The notes beneath the pieces are model-generated. The model searched no databases. It saw nothing but the letters and a program-made list of their open reading frames with translations, and was not told where the DNA came from. A stretch of 64,000 nt of DNA from Diplonema japonicum (lineage: Eukaryota; Protista; Euglenozoa: Diplonemea). Below are positions 45,401 to 55,691 of the stretch, piece after piece; within the stretch, counting starts at the first letter, position 1, and each line of letters starts with the position of its first letter. The DNA lies in the NCBI GenBank assembly GCA_964019335.1, contig OZ025682.1, positions 434,001 to 498,000 of the forward strand. The letters are read 5' to 3'. Both the position numbers and the translations under genes were made by a program.

Positions 45401-48400
45401 TGGGTGTTGACGGGCCCTTCAAACTGCTGCCCCAGGAGCTGTCTGGGGGTGTTGATGCCTGTGCCTTCAAGAATCAGAGTAAAGTGTACCTGCTGTCGAA
45501 AGAGTGGTGCGTGTTGTGGGACTTAGATAGCATGGAGACATCAGGGGAGCCCTTTTACCTGATGGATCACAAGGCGAGCTTAGTGCACGCGTTGCCTGCA
45601 CACACGACAGGGGAGCCGACTGCGTTGATGCGGCAGCTCAGCAAGCATCTCTACCAAGGTGTACCGTTCGAGAAGTGCATGCCGTTTGATGAGATGGCGG
45701 CTGGCGCGCAGCGCAGGTCGCGTTTGACTCTCACCAGCCAAATAGAGACAGAGAGGGTTTTGAACAGGCTGCAACACTGCGACATCAAGGTCACGAATCT
45801 TGTTCCCCTCTCAGACCTGCGTACCATCATGTGCGCCGATCACACGTTCCTCCCTTCTGGTGCTGGGAGGATGGTTGGCGTGGTCAGGAAAGACAACAGT
45901 GATCCTTGTACCATTACCTTCCAGTTCGAGACACCCCAGACTTTTAGATATCTGCAGATATCCGCGTTGTTCACAAGCCTTGCATCAGTGGCGGTGGAGG
46001 CAAGTGTCAATGGTGTGGTGTGGCAAAGGTTGATCACCTTTAGACAGAAGGTGTGCGTTGCAGATGGGTGGTGGGCGCCCTACACCCCTTGCAGATTCTG
46101 GCGCATCACGGTAAACGCCTCGAAAGGCTCCGTCATCCACAGGGTCCACTGGTTCACGGTCGGCGACGGTGTCAAGTCCGTGAAGTATGGCTTTTTGCAG
46201 GCGGCCTCCCTGTCACTAGCAGAAGTGTCAGTTTCAGCACCTACAGTCATCAACCCGCACTGTATATGTCCTAACAACCAAATGTCTCCTCAGACAGCTT
46301 TTATTGCCTGGAACGACTCTGAACTGAGTGGCTGGTACCCCAAGCACTGCATCTTATCCCTTCTGAACAAATCAGGACAACCCAGTGATGTGGCGCTCTT
46401 CTTCACAGGCACCAGATTCATCGCGTGGTCGTACTCTCAACAGCAGCCTTTGCAGCCGACACCATACAGAATGGTAGCCCACCACATGTTTTCTGCCCTC
46501 CCACCGCCCTTCTGTCATGTAGGAATCGATGCTGTTGTCTACGTGTCCCCGAGGACCGACACGTCTCTTGTGTTCCTCATGTGTGACGACAAGTACATGA
46601 TGTGGCACCTGGAGAGGGGCACGGCTGTAGGTGTCGTGCACACTATGGGCGTCGATGGGAAGTTCAAGGGATTGCCCTTCAACAGGGTCGACACAGCGGT
46701 GAACCTCTTCAAGACCGATACCGACGAGGTGGCCCTGTTCAAGGATGGGCAAGTCCTCTATTGGAGCCTTGACCAGGACCTCATCCTGCAGGGACCCTTC
46801 AACACCGGAACGTCTAGCGGTACACGTGAAGCCGATGTGTTCGGAAGCCTGCCAGCATGGGCTGTAGAGGACAAGACCCTTGCCATCGCGCAGGTACCAC
46901 CGAACAACGACAGCTTCGTCGTCTTCAGCGGTTCTAAGTGGTTGTACTATGCAAACCACAAAGTACAAGAGGGACCCTGCGATGTCTCTACGCACAAAGA
47001 GTACATCAAGCTTCCTGGTGTTCTTGGATGGCATGTGCTGGAGAAGTCTTCGTGGGTGGCTGTAGACCTGAAGAATTCACCGCAGCTCTTTGTGGGCATC
47101 AGGGTGTTCTGTGCAGTGGGTTGCACCAAGAAGGTGACATTCAAGGTACAGTGGTCTGACGACAATCAGATGTGGGACACCGTCGCTAAGCTCAACGTGA
47201 GCGACTACGGGTCTGTCACGTGGCTGCTCTCAGCAACAAAAAATCAGTGCCACAGGTTCTGGAGGATCCTGCTTTGGCCCTTTGCCGCAGCGAAAATTAC
47301 AAAGATAGAGTGGCTGCCGCTCCCCACGCGCCCTGTACATGTTTTGCCAGTTTCCACGGAAGCAACAGGCGAAATCTCAGGGGACCTGGAGCTGCTGTTC
47401 GCCCCATCCTCTGTAGGAAGCAGTGTCGAAACCTTCTTCGAGCCAGGCGACTCGGTGACATTTGACCTTGGCGTGCCACTGGTGGGTATGATTAGGCTAC
47501 TATGTGGTTCAGAAGATTGTGAGTGGCAGGTGAGCTGCAGCAAAGATGGGATTGCCTGGAAAACCCTTCCCTCCATCATGTGCGTGGATGGCAGTGGAGA
47601 AGCAAGCTGGAACCCTTTTGAAAACTGGAGATTCTGGCGGCTTGTGTTAGTGAAGGGACACTGCGCTCTGACGGAGATCATCCCATATTCCTACGGAGGG
47701 CCCTTGGCGCTGCTGGGAAGGGACTCTCAGCAGACATCACAGAACGCTTTGCTACAGCTGGACAGCGATAAGGACAACTATGTTGTAGAGCTGCAAGGAA
47801 ACCAGGCGATGGTGCACTACGACTTTAGAGACCCTCAGACCTTTATCAGATGTATCATCCACACCACGCAGAATAGAGTGCTGAAGGGGAGTTGGATCAT
47901 CGAGTGCAGCAGTGATGCCTTGTGCTGGAGCGTTCTAAATGAAGTAACCCCAACAGGCGTCGTGGCCGAGATCACATGGCCTGGGAGGGTGCCAGCAAGA
48001 CATTGGCGTATACGTGCCTCGTGCGGGGCTTTTGTGAGCCATGTGCAGTTCTTTGAAGCACACACCTCGCTGGGAACAGAGACGCAACTGACGAAAGACG
48101 ATTTCACAGTGCAAGCGCCTGTTAAGAACGCAGACCAAAAGTCACTGTTCTCAGAAACCAGTGACGCCGTCTATACAGTCCTCCAGCCAAATGGTGCCAT
48201 TACCTTTACTGCTACAAACCACCGGCTCTTCCCTCTCTCGTCATTAATCTTGAAGACGAAGCGTGACGAGGTCGTTGAAGCTGACATACGAATCGATGTT
48301 TTGGACCACGGCCAGTGGAAGCTCGTCTGCCAGCACAAGCACAGCAGCGACGTGTCGCGCATCGACTGGGGATACGTGGGTGCTTTCTCCGACTGGAGGG

Positions 48401-50877
48401 TGCAGCTTGTTCAGGGCGCGCAACTGTCAATCGTGTCCGTGATTTGGATGCCTGCTGGATTCACCAACTTAGCAAGCAGTGTGCCTGAGAGCGCTACATG
48501 CAGCGACGAAGGCCTCATGGAGGAAGCGATGCAGTTGCTACGCGGCGGGATAGGGCAGCTCGAGTTGAAGAAGGGCGACTGGATCGTGGCGAACTACGAG
48601 ATGCCACAGCACTTCACGAAGCTCACGGCTCAAAGCACGGGGCTGCTTAGCGTGCACATTGCTGACGTCGAATCTGAATGGCGTACACTTGCCACCGGAC
48701 AAAATTTCCTAGCATGGGAATGGACTCAAGCTCATTCCTCTTGGCGCATCCAGGCAGAAGAGGCTTGCATCCTGAATGCACTCACTATGCATTCCGTGGG
48801 TATCATGCGTAGCCTGCCGTCCGTCGAGCTCCCCCACTACTACTCTTTCTGTAAGGAGGACGAACTAGAAAGCTTTTCCTGTGTGTGCACTGAAGCCGAG
48901 GGGGCGCCGCTGTACAACGAGGCACGCGACATCAGCCGAAAAGTTGCCAAATACCTGAAAGACAAGAAGGGCATCATACGAGTGTCAGGGGTTGAACTGC
49001 AAGCATTGGTGGGGGCCATCCCCGGGCAGAGGTTTGAAGACATCCAGAAACACGTCGCTGGTGTGCATCTGAAGGACTTCAAGCTATCGAAGCCATTTGA
49101 TGCAGACGTGAACCCTACAAGAGTCCCACGCTTAGACTACAGGGGCACCCTGGCATCAGACTTTAAAGGATTTCGGAGCGGGGCTACGCTAGTGCTTATG
49201 TGGCTCCCTGTGATGGTCCCCATGTTGTTGCTGGACACAGAACTGGACTGGGTCCCTATGGCTACGATACCAAATGCACCTTCTCTACTGTATTTGGTGC
49301 CACCGAACAAATCACGTTGCCTGCTTGCCGTCCCTACAGCCACCTTCCCTGTTACTGAGAATATTCCTTTGATCTCGCCTGCACAGAACTTCTCCTTTGG
49401 GAATTCGTATACAATGCTCCTCAAGTCAGGGGTAAACATCGTGGCGGAGATCATGCCTCCCAAAAACATGCAAACAGTCATGCTGCACGTCTTGAAACTA
49501 CTGTTGCCCGACGAGCCTGTGACGGGTGTGTACTATTGCGAGACTTTTGAATCTGACACAATGACGCTCGATATAACAGTGGGCTCCTTCCCAATGGACT
49601 CTATCAGAGCAGTGACGGAGGTAGTGCATATCACTGTCGTGGGCGGGTCACAAATGGAGAGCTTAAATCTCTCCACAGTAGTGGAGTGGGGTGGCCTGAG
49701 GTTCGATGTTAGGGGCGAATTGTTGCCGCCAGACGAAGAGCTACGTCTCACAGGGAAGCTCGTATCCGGCGAGTGGAGGGAGCCACACGGAATCTCCAAC
49801 GCCGTCTTCACAGACTTGCTCCTCGACATTGCTTTCACGCCGCCCTCAGACAGCCCCACAACGTTGGGCGTCTCATCTGCTGCCATTGTAGGTACTCTGC
49901 TCTTCGACAGTGGGCTTGACGCACGCTGCAAGGTTGACATTGGGTCGCACAGCCAGACGCTGACTGCTTACTCGCCGTTGGTACCTGCCAGGAGGGTGCC
50001 AAGCTTATCCTTGCTTCCCTTCGACAAAGAGTGGCAGTGGGTGCCGGAGGTCAGCCTAGAAGACGCACTGCTGACCGTCACTGAGGGTGAGAATAGAAAG
50101 CACAGCGTGACCGGAATGCTGAAGATATTGGGAGGGTCGGGGGAATGCAGGGTGCAAGGGACGGAAAACGGCGTCATGCTGCGAGCGCTTCTCCCGCAAC
50201 TAAGAGTGGGACTCATGCTGCTGGAAAAACTAGAGCCGAGTAGCGGTGTGACGGTGGACGTGCTGTTGTGTCCTGATCCGTACATCAAAGCGACAGGGTG
50301 CGTCTCGATAGTAGGCGTAGACAAGGCGGCGACAACGGTGACAGTAACGAAGGATGGGTGGCAGTTCGGGATCGAAGGCAACGTGGGGGAGTGCGAGTAC
50401 CTCAGTGTGGCGATACACGCGACGAGCGTCGGGACAGACTTTACACACGACGACTTCAGAGTGGAGGGGAAGCTGGAGAAGAGGAAGGTGGAAAAGGTGC
50501 TTCGCGATCTGCTTCTTCAGGTGCCGTTGATTCAAGGCATCGTGTCAGTGGGCTTGCTCTTCACAGTGCGGTTGGACGGACTTGACTTGCAGCCCTTCTA
50601 TCTCAGCAGGTCCATGCTGTGCATACGCTTCGTGGGTGTCATCATGGGGTCAGACTTCGACCTATTTGGCATCCTCGACCCTGAGGCAGCCCAAGACTTC
50701 CTCCCTTCCATGGCTTCTAAGATCGTGGAGCAGTCTTGGGGTCCCCTCCTCAAGCTTTACCAAGACTTCGCCCAGCCCTTGCAGTCAGAATTAACCTTCA
50801 CGTCCCCGAACCAACCTGTTCTCTCTTTCACAGACCACACCCCTTCTGCCCCTCTTGTTTCTGCCAGTGACTGGTAA
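42427..50877 (+). CDS. 2816-aa multidomain protein: LRR, inactive papain-like domain, coiled coil, hemopexin-like repeats, discoidin-like repeats, beta-rich C-terminus
   Basis: RI-type LRRs (LTYLNLKRNTLG), VDQG..HQAVRIIG..GDGGLFYF, VDAV/VDGA..YF.KG repeats, and repeated S.D...W....W.....R.WRI units. Confidence 0.8.
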   Translation: MEETQSRDALSSVGIFSEDVVMLDSWHEVVELYRTRCAEMGLKPISSFVRLLKKDTISELILDQCYFGDRGLTAVASALRCAKVVSLSLSDCALSYEHAAILRKELMGHPYLTYLNLKRNTLGHQAAKGIIDLISKSPHLVKVEVDPETPKFQAIKQLCLANMNIHIKVTSCVSCKRQVLGQSIDNVETVLLKELGKIKSVLNTTAENLHSVWLRMWEYLKNNDYLLSVCDVDCLQDWLTSLTTFISTPPISVHPTPTCSYCMRTPETTLLPNPAPFIMKSLVPEMAKLPVPLTPSSFARLVSIIASTGSTLSLCSKSCGKALLRQGMTGGGGMLPLRKDSRDWKLHEYFGMLRTPSEDFCNSEDPVLVDQGEHDLSAALVVSRTCQHGEAEMYDPLYTFVVSRHIAKNDTANGWGVDLRSACKSIVEYGVIPAVNNPEKMSDRSQWSWAQLEKEGKGLHVIAASRRKASYFAVDPPPPGVDLFDAIRSALWGLAPAKRPVITGCKWRAAWTRQRDGIIPYHKNKGGLHQAVRIIGQKTLHDTLYLTVVPNLGYGVGDGGLFYFSREVINREFRYGTFVFRDGQGATCPDTLFSHASSSTTRIISSRSDMDALLEMLAAPSLRKCEVLREFLAPTLLEIPPEALFLFRSASSPPSQHDEEKLANVRRLYKSECTAQLVFFWEFQISTNVRQWIVHLLDLYAKVMVAKADMVQMDKKRSVIDITMRRKTVTLGGAVNFEDEGLTKLQNKPSKKKSMLHLKRDEREAAVAAQRREEEHLERAATKWRAEQQSRAATEAANAVKAEQQFQKTLSRTGFMKFNLHQITGMTTTRLLPNVSVTAAVLNTKVPRAFLHVILPGTTELSNTAYFFWGDTVATIDVCTRNVTTKLQSIKSHPKLAGFPLIYVDAVVYSSVTSYIFSGSIWLEYDLQDNRVHSGPFLISSHPKFRDLPEAYHTGVDGAVSVPNTQVVYFMKGPQCIEWDTDRKEYSSVSTVGVDGPFKLLPQELSGGVDACAFKNQSKVYLLSKEWCVLWDLDSMETSGEPFYLMDHKASLVHALPAHTTGEPTALMRQLSKHLYQGVPFEKCMPFDEMAAGAQRRSRLTLTSQIETERVLNRLQHCDIKVTNLVPLSDLRTIMCADHTFLPSGAGRMVGVVRKDNSDPCTITFQFETPQTFRYLQISALFTSLASVAVEASVNGVVWQRLITFRQKVCVADGWWAPYTPCRFWRITVNASKGSVIHRVHWFTVGDGVKSVKYGFLQAASLSLAEVSVSAPTVINPHCICPNNQMSPQTAFIAWNDSELSGWYPKHCILSLLNKSGQPSDVALFFTGTRFIAWSYSQQQPLQPTPYRMVAHHMFSALPPPFCHVGIDAVVYVSPRTDTSLVFLMCDDKYMMWHLERGTAVGVVHTMGVDGKFKGLPFNRVDTAVNLFKTDTDEVALFKDGQVLYWSLDQDLILQGPFNTGTSSGTREADVFGSLPAWAVEDKTLAIAQVPPNNDSFVVFSGSKWLYYANHKVQEGPCDVSTHKEYIKLPGVLGWHVLEKSSWVAVDLKNSPQLFVGIRVFCAVGCTKKVTFKVQWSDDNQMWDTVAKLNVSDYGSVTWLLSATKNQCHRFWRILLWPFAAAKITKIEWLPLPTRPVHVLPVSTEATGEISGDLELLFAPSSVGSSVETFFEPGDSVTFDLGVPLVGMIRLLCGSEDCEWQVSCSKDGIAWKTLPSIMCVDGSGEASWNPFENWRFWRLVLVKGHCALTEIIPYSYGGPLALLGRDSQQTSQNALLQLDSDKDNYVVELQGNQAMVHYDFRDPQTFIRCIIHTTQNRVLKGSWIIECSSDALCWSVLNEVTPTGVVAEITWPGRVPARHWRIRASCGAFVSHVQFFEAHTSLGTETQLTKDDFTVQAPVKNADQKSLFSETSDAVYTVLQPNGAITFTATNHRLFPLSSLILKTKRDEVVEADIRIDVLDHGQWKLVCQHKHSSDVSRIDWGYVGAFSDWRVQLVQGAQLSIVSVIWMPAGFTNLASSVPESATCSDEGLMEEAMQLLRGGIGQLELKKGDWIVANYEMPQHFTKLTAQSTGLLSVHIADVESEWRTLATGQNFLAWEWTQAHSSWRIQAEEACILNALTMHSVGIMRSLPSVELPHYYSFCKEDELESFSCVCTEAEGAPLYNEARDISRKVAKYLKDKKGIIRVSGVELQALVGAIPGQRFEDIQKHVAGVHLKDFKLSKPFDADVNPTRVPRLDYRGTLASDFKGFRSGATLVLMWLPVMVPMLLLDTELDWVPMATIPNAPSLLYLVPPNKSRCLLAVPTATFPVTENIPLISPAQNFSFGNSYTMLLKSGVNIVAEIMPPKNMQTVMLHVLKLLLPDEPVTGVYYCETFESDTMTLDITVGSFPMDSIRAVTEVVHITVVGGSQMESLNLSTVVEWGGLRFDVRGELLPPDEELRLTGKLVSGEWREPHGISNAVFTDLLLDIAFTPPSDSPTTLGVSSAAIVGTLLFDSGLDARCKVDIGSHSQTLTAYSPLVPARRVPSLSLLPFDKEWQWVPEVSLEDALLTVTEGENRKHSVTGMLKILGGSGECRVQGTENGVMLRALLPQLRVGLMLLEKLEPSSGVTVDVLLCPDPYIKATGCVSIVGVDKAATTVTVTKDGWQFGIEGNVGECEYLSVAIHATSVGTDFTHDDFRVEGKLEKRKVEKVLRDLLLQVPLIQGIVSVGLLFTVRLDGLDLQPFYLSRSMLCIRFVGVIMGSDFDLFGILDPEAAQDFLPSMASKIVEQSWGPLLKLYQDFAQPLQSELTFTSPNQPVLSFTDHTPSAPLVSASDW

Positions 50878-51091
50878 CAGTCGTGTTTCTTTTTTGATGC
50901 TTGTTTTTTCTTGTTATATTCAAGTAAAAGTAAAGTTCTGTTTTTTTAATTTTTTACCCCCCCCTCCCCTTGACACTAGATCATTTACCCTAGATGGCTT
51001 TTATTATTCTTATTTACCCATAAGTCTTTTTGGCGCTTATTAATTCAATTCAATCTTTTTCGTGCGCTCCGGCCCCATCTCGCTCAGGTTC

Positions 51092-51127
<36 letters not shown>

Positions 51128-51130
51128 AAG

Positions 51131-52861
51131 ATGTCGTTCGTCAGTATCCTGCACAATGGGATGAACATGCTTTCCATAGCTACCAGTTGTACGTTGTTGC
51201 TGTGCTTCATAGGTTTAGGGCTCAGAAAGGCATGGGAGTTGTGGAAGGAGAGAAGGGATAGAGTGAGGAAGGGCATGCGGGTGAAGGTGCGTGGGCTGGT
51301 GAAGAGGGAAGACCTTAATGGAGGGTGGGGGGTTGTGTTGGAAGAGAGTGAGGGAAGGATACCTGTCCTTGTGGACGACGGATCGAAGGTGCTGGTCAGC
51401 AAGCAGAACCTTGAAGTGGTCACAGAGCGAGAAACTCCTCACTGGGTGCAGGGGCTTTTCAGATCCAGTTCTCTGAGGTACAACTCTGTCCATAACCACA
51501 TCGTCACCACAGAAGCCGTCCCTCCAGGTACCCTTCTCCTGTGTGACAACGTCCTCATCAGGCAAGGCTTGCACCCGCACGATTCTGCAGCAACTTCATA
51601 CCGTAACCCCCACCACCGTACTGCCCTGGATTACTTATCGAGCATCCCTTCATCAGACCTCTCCCCTGTGAAACACCTTCCAGCTAAAATACGCACCTGG
51701 TGTGCAGGGGTGGTCGACCGCTTGCCGTCCGAAGGCATTGTTATCGGCTCAGCACACAAGCGTGTCCTCACGGAGACCTCGTGGCTGCTCCCACACGACG
51801 AGCAGCCGAACTGCATGATGCTCGAAACTGAAGAGAGGGGTGAACTCGAGTTGGTGTCCATACGCGAAATAGAGGAAGGGGAGACACTTAAGGTCACAAG
51901 GAGCAGTCCTTTCGCTTGGTGTGCACTGCATGAAAGAGAAGGAAAAGAAGTGAAGGACTCAAAAAGGGTTTGTCTCTTGGACTGTGCAAAATGTAAAAGG
52001 GTGGCCCCCACACTGGGCGGCGAGTGCCTGAGCTGCTGGGAGGAGAACCAGGAGTACAACGAGAATCTTGAGAAGTGGTTGATGGACATCACGTGGGACC
52101 ACATCATGCAGCCTAATAAATACTCGCACACACACGCGGTGGCGCTGCTCACGCTGTGTAGTGAGAAGCTTGGTTTGCTGCACTGGACGGTCGCGGCCTT
52201 GGCTGCCATTGTGTTGGACCACCTGTGCAGTGGGGAGGTTACGTCGAAGCTTTCCGTTGCGCAGCAGAATAGAATACAGACGATGGTGGGCTACCTTCAC
52301 AGGTGGTCAGCGTACCATGACGCAGGTGTCCTTCGGTCATGCGGGTTGGCATACTTCCTGTCCCAGCGGGATGTGGGAAGGAGGGTGCTAAAGGCCCTGC
52401 AGGGGAACAAGAGGGTTTGTGCGATGCTGTGCGGTCTGATCCCACGAGGGATGACGTACTCATGGACCAAGCACGAGCAAGACTTGTGGGTGGACTTCGA
52501 TGACGAGGACAAAGGTGTGCTCGAGGAGTGGTGGCTTCACGGCGTGGAACTCTTCGGCGACTTCGGCATCGACACATGCCGTATCCTCGCTGCAAAGTCA
52601 AAGCTCCAGCAAGCCATCACATCAAAGACTGATCCTCTCTCCGACCCGTACAGCATCAAGCAACAGTCCATGGACGGCCACATCGACGAGATCCTCCACA
52701 CCCTGGGCCACGACCGCCGCACTGACGGTGAGCACGATGCCGGGGCATACATGAACCTCCTGACGAAACTGAACCACGGAGACGACTATGATGACTTTGT
52801 CGCGAAGCAGAAGGAACACGAGAGGCTGGCACGCGAGAAGGCAGCCGAGAAGGGGGCGTGA
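51131..52861 (+). CDS. Protein with N-terminal TM, KOW/SH3-like motif and degenerate SET(SMYD)-like domain
   Basis: GMRVKVRGL..REDLNG..G.V...GRIPV...NL, then PHDEQPNC...VSIREIEEGETL and a post-SET-like C..C. Confidence 0.6.
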   Translation: MSFVSILHNGMNMLSIATSCTLLLCFIGLGLRKAWELWKERRDRVRKGMRVKVRGLVKREDLNGGWGVVLEESEGRIPVLVDDGSKVLVSKQNLEVVTERETPHWVQGLFRSSSLRYNSVHNHIVTTEAVPPGTLLLCDNVLIRQGLHPHDSAATSYRNPHHRTALDYLSSIPSSDLSPVKHLPAKIRTWCAGVVDRLPSEGIVIGSAHKRVLTETSWLLPHDEQPNCMMLETEERGELELVSIREIEEGETLKVTRSSPFAWCALHEREGKEVKDSKRVCLLDCAKCKRVAPTLGGECLSCWEENQEYNENLEKWLMDITWDHIMQPNKYSHTHAVALLTLCSEKLGLLHWTVAALAAIVLDHLCSGEVTSKLSVAQQNRIQTMVGYLHRWSAYHDAGVLRSCGLAYFLSQRDVGRRVLKALQGNKRVCAMLCGLIPRGMTYSWTKHEQDLWVDFDDEDKGVLEEWWLHGVELFGDFGIDTCRILAAKSKLQQAITSKTDPLSDPYSIKQQSMDGHIDEILHTLGHDRRTDGEHDAGAYMNLLTKLNHGDDYDDFVAKQKEHERLAREKAAEKGA

Positions 52862-53023
52862 TGTACATTAAAAAGAACGATAAAAACGAGAAAATTTAAA
52901 CTGATTGACACCTTATTGACATATTTTTTTTGTCTTTCTTTTTTTTCAAAACCCCCCCCCCCCCCCCCCCCCCCCCCGGGGGAATTTTTGGGGGAAAAAA
53001 AAAGGCGGGAAGGGAGCGGGAAG

Positions 53024-53755
53024 ATGGAGGAGAAGGGCATGGAGAGAACACAGAGGTCGCGACACGCGGGGTGCCCCGGGTCGATCACAGCGATACGCGT
53101 GGATTACGGAAGGACGACAAGTGCCTTCGAGCCCTTAGACCACGAACACACGGCAGTGAAAAAGAAGGACGAGCTTAGACATTGGAAACAGACCCACCGA
53201 CTGGGTGTGAAGCCTAGATGGAACGAAAGCTCAGACTGCGCGTGGAAACGATTCCCTGACCGGGCGAACATGAGACAACTATCTGCGTTTCAGGCAACAA
53301 AGGTGGAGCACAACTACAGAGCGCAGAAGCTGCCCACATGTTACAAGGAAACGCTGTTCTTACCAAAACAGAGCAAGTTTCAAGTCGACCCGCGGCTATT
53401 CCTCGGCCTACCTGAGAAAGCAAAGCTTGTATCTTCTAATGTTGGTGGTCACCTGTCCCGATCAGAGTACACAGATGACAGGGATTCATCATGGAATACA
53501 TCCACACAGTTGGACCACTCACGGGGTTCCATTCATCACAAGAAGTCTTATGTAGACTGCCGTATGATAAACAAGGTCAAGCACCCCCTGGCGTCTACTT
53601 ACGCAAGTCCAGAAAGATCCATCCGTGAAGCGCATAAAACCGCCAGCACAGAGAAGCGGGAACGGCGTCGTGCTGAAGAAGCACAGGCTGCCTCCGCCTA
53701 CCCCCGTCCCCTCACCATGAGCAATAAATCGGACTGGTTGCTACCAGAGATTTAG
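53024..53755 (+). CDS. Hypothetical basic protein
   Basis: 243-codon ORF with coding-like composition between homopolymer spacers. Confidence 0.7.
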   Translation: MEEKGMERTQRSRHAGCPGSITAIRVDYGRTTSAFEPLDHEHTAVKKKDELRHWKQTHRLGVKPRWNESSDCAWKRFPDRANMRQLSAFQATKVEHNYRAQKLPTCYKETLFLPKQSKFQVDPRLFLGLPEKAKLVSSNVGGHLSRSEYTDDRDSSWNTSTQLDHSRGSIHHKKSYVDCRMINKVKHPLASTYASPERSIREAHKTASTEKRERRRAEEAQAASAYPRPLTMSNKSDWLLPEI

Positions 53756-54216
53756 AGAACCCATGAAAAAAAAGAAGAAAAGAAACTCAGTTTACTTCAC
53801 ACCCTCTTTTTTTTTTTTTTTTTTTTTTTTTGTTATGTTTCATTTTTTTTCTCCTTCCTATTTTTTATGTCATACACCGTAGCCATCATGAGTCACGGTG
53901 TCCACACTCAGCCTGTAATAGGCACAGACTATATAGTCCGAACTCGAGGGATTTGGGGGAAGCCCTTGAGAACGCTTCTGCATCTCATCCTCCGTTCGCC
54001 CCCAGATACTGAGATTAATGAAGATACTCATGACAAGCGTGACTACAAGATTTACATAGTGTTTTCCTTCTTTCCTCCTTTCCCCTTTTTTTTTCTCCTC
54101 CGGCCATGACTCTTGATGACTACGCTAGGTTCTACCTACTATTTCTTTCCCCCCCTCCCTTCTTTGTCCCCCCTTAAAGACCAACAGGAGGTGGTGGTGT
54201 GTTTGGGAGGTAGCGA

Positions 54217-55401
54217 ATGATACCGAACACTTTCAATGAACGCATCTTCGAGCAGGTGAAGAGGTACAGCCACATCGCCAATGATCTTAAGGGCCCGGAA
54301 CCGGACGAGGAATGCGACCCGAGAATGGCTGAAGAGCTGCGGTTGATGCAACAAAGGGTGTTAAACCAAAGGGCACAACTACAAGCACAGCAACACGAGT
54401 TGCAACTGTGTTCCCCTTACGAGGGGTCTGGTGTTCCAATGGAGGGGTCGCCTCGATCAGTATCGCCAGCAGGGGGGTACAGCTATGGCGTGAAGCTCGA
54501 CGAATTGTTGAATAAAATAAGCACAGCAGAGCTGCGTTTAAACAACTATTACTTCTGCAACACACGGCACAAGCGGGCAAACGACCTGGCCAACGAAGTA
54601 AGAAATATCTCACAAGCCGTCGACGAAATCTCCACACCCAGCATCAAGACTGACCTGGAGCTCGAAAACATCAAATCAAGATTCCTATCCAACATCGAGG
54701 GACGGTCCACAGGACTCCGCGAGATAGAAGCGAAAATAACAGACAAGGAAATGCAAATGCGGGAGATGACAGATATCTATAGAAGCCCCATGGGAAAGAG
54801 CGAATCAGGCTTTCTCGAAGAAGTCCAACGGATTGACGAAAAGCTCAGGGTGTGCGACGCGGAAGAAAAACGGAAAGTTACCGAGTTGCAAAGAGAGATA
54901 CAATTCTTGAATGAAGGCATCGACAGAGTAAAAGGGGAGAGAGAGAAATCCGAGGCAAGGTTTTTGAGTGTATTTGAAGACATAGTGCGAAAGCTCGCAG
55001 GGCAGCTGAAGGAGGAGAGGGCACGAAGGATAGAAACTTACGAAAGGCTTCACTACACCATGCAAAGTATCTCGCCTCCCATAACGCTTAAGAAGCCGAC
55101 GACTTTGAAGCTTCCGCCTTCTACTTTGTTCACTCATCTTTACAATGCGCACCCTTCGGAGCCTTCTACTCCAACACCTCATCCCTTGGCCGCCCTGGAT
55201 TTCAATGTACTTCATAGTCATCAGTCTGAACCCCGGACAAAGGCAACTGCGAGGACAACCCCAACCCCCATCTCTCACCATCGCTCGACGACTCCAAAGA
55301 AGAACAAGCCCCCCGTTCGGAAACAGCTCCGGCTTGCCCCTTCTGAGAGCACCGTGCAGCTAGCCCCGTCCGAGAAAACACAGAAGCCACGGTGGAAATA
55401 A
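54217..55401 (+). CDS. Coiled-coil protein (weak SF-assemblin-like resemblance) with Pro/Thr-rich tail
   Basis: 394-aa ORF. EREKSEARFLSVFEDIVRKLAGQLKEERARRIE pattern. Confidence 0.65.
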   Translation: MIPNTFNERIFEQVKRYSHIANDLKGPEPDEECDPRMAEELRLMQQRVLNQRAQLQAQQHELQLCSPYEGSGVPMEGSPRSVSPAGGYSYGVKLDELLNKISTAELRLNNYYFCNTRHKRANDLANEVRNISQAVDEISTPSIKTDLELENIKSRFLSNIEGRSTGLREIEAKITDKEMQMREMTDIYRSPMGKSESGFLEEVQRIDEKLRVCDAEEKRKVTELQREIQFLNEGIDRVKGEREKSEARFLSVFEDIVRKLAGQLKEERARRIETYERLHYTMQSISPPITLKKPTTLKLPPSTLFTHLYNAHPSEPSTPTPHPLAALDFNVLHSHQSEPRTKATARTTPTPISHHRSTTPKKNKPPVRKQLRLAPSESTVQLAPSEKTQKPRWK

Positions 55402-55560
55402 GATTTTCTCTTATTTTTTGTTTGTGTCCTTTTTTTTTTTTTTTTTTTTTTTGTTTTTTTTTTTTTTTTTAGATTTTCCCGCTGCTAGAAGTTTTTTTTT
55501 TTCTTCCCCCTTTTTATTTTTAATTTCCTCCTTTTTTTTTTTTTTTTCCCCTTCTTTTTT

Positions 55561-55691
55561 GGTGGGGATAACATGGAAATATAAGAAGTACATCAGATGT
55601 GTTGTTCGCTGTTGACCTCCTCGTCGGTCATCACCGGTAGCGCCCGAGTGGAAGAACGTAACGCTGATGCTCAGGGTGACGAACAGGCAGC
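55561..55691 (+). ncRNA. HDV-like ribozyme, copy 2 (P1 weakened)
   Basis: The core (P2, P3, L3, P1.1, P4, CGAA with C55680) is identical to copy 1, and differences lie in J1/2 and L4. The 5' end reads TTTGGTGGGG, so P1 has 5 bp or one mismatch. Confidence 0.7.

Noticed and set aside
53927-53938. Palindrome GACTATATAGTC resembling group I intron R/S elements
   Set aside because: No room for P8 or the other core helices and no host exon; probably a chance palindrome.
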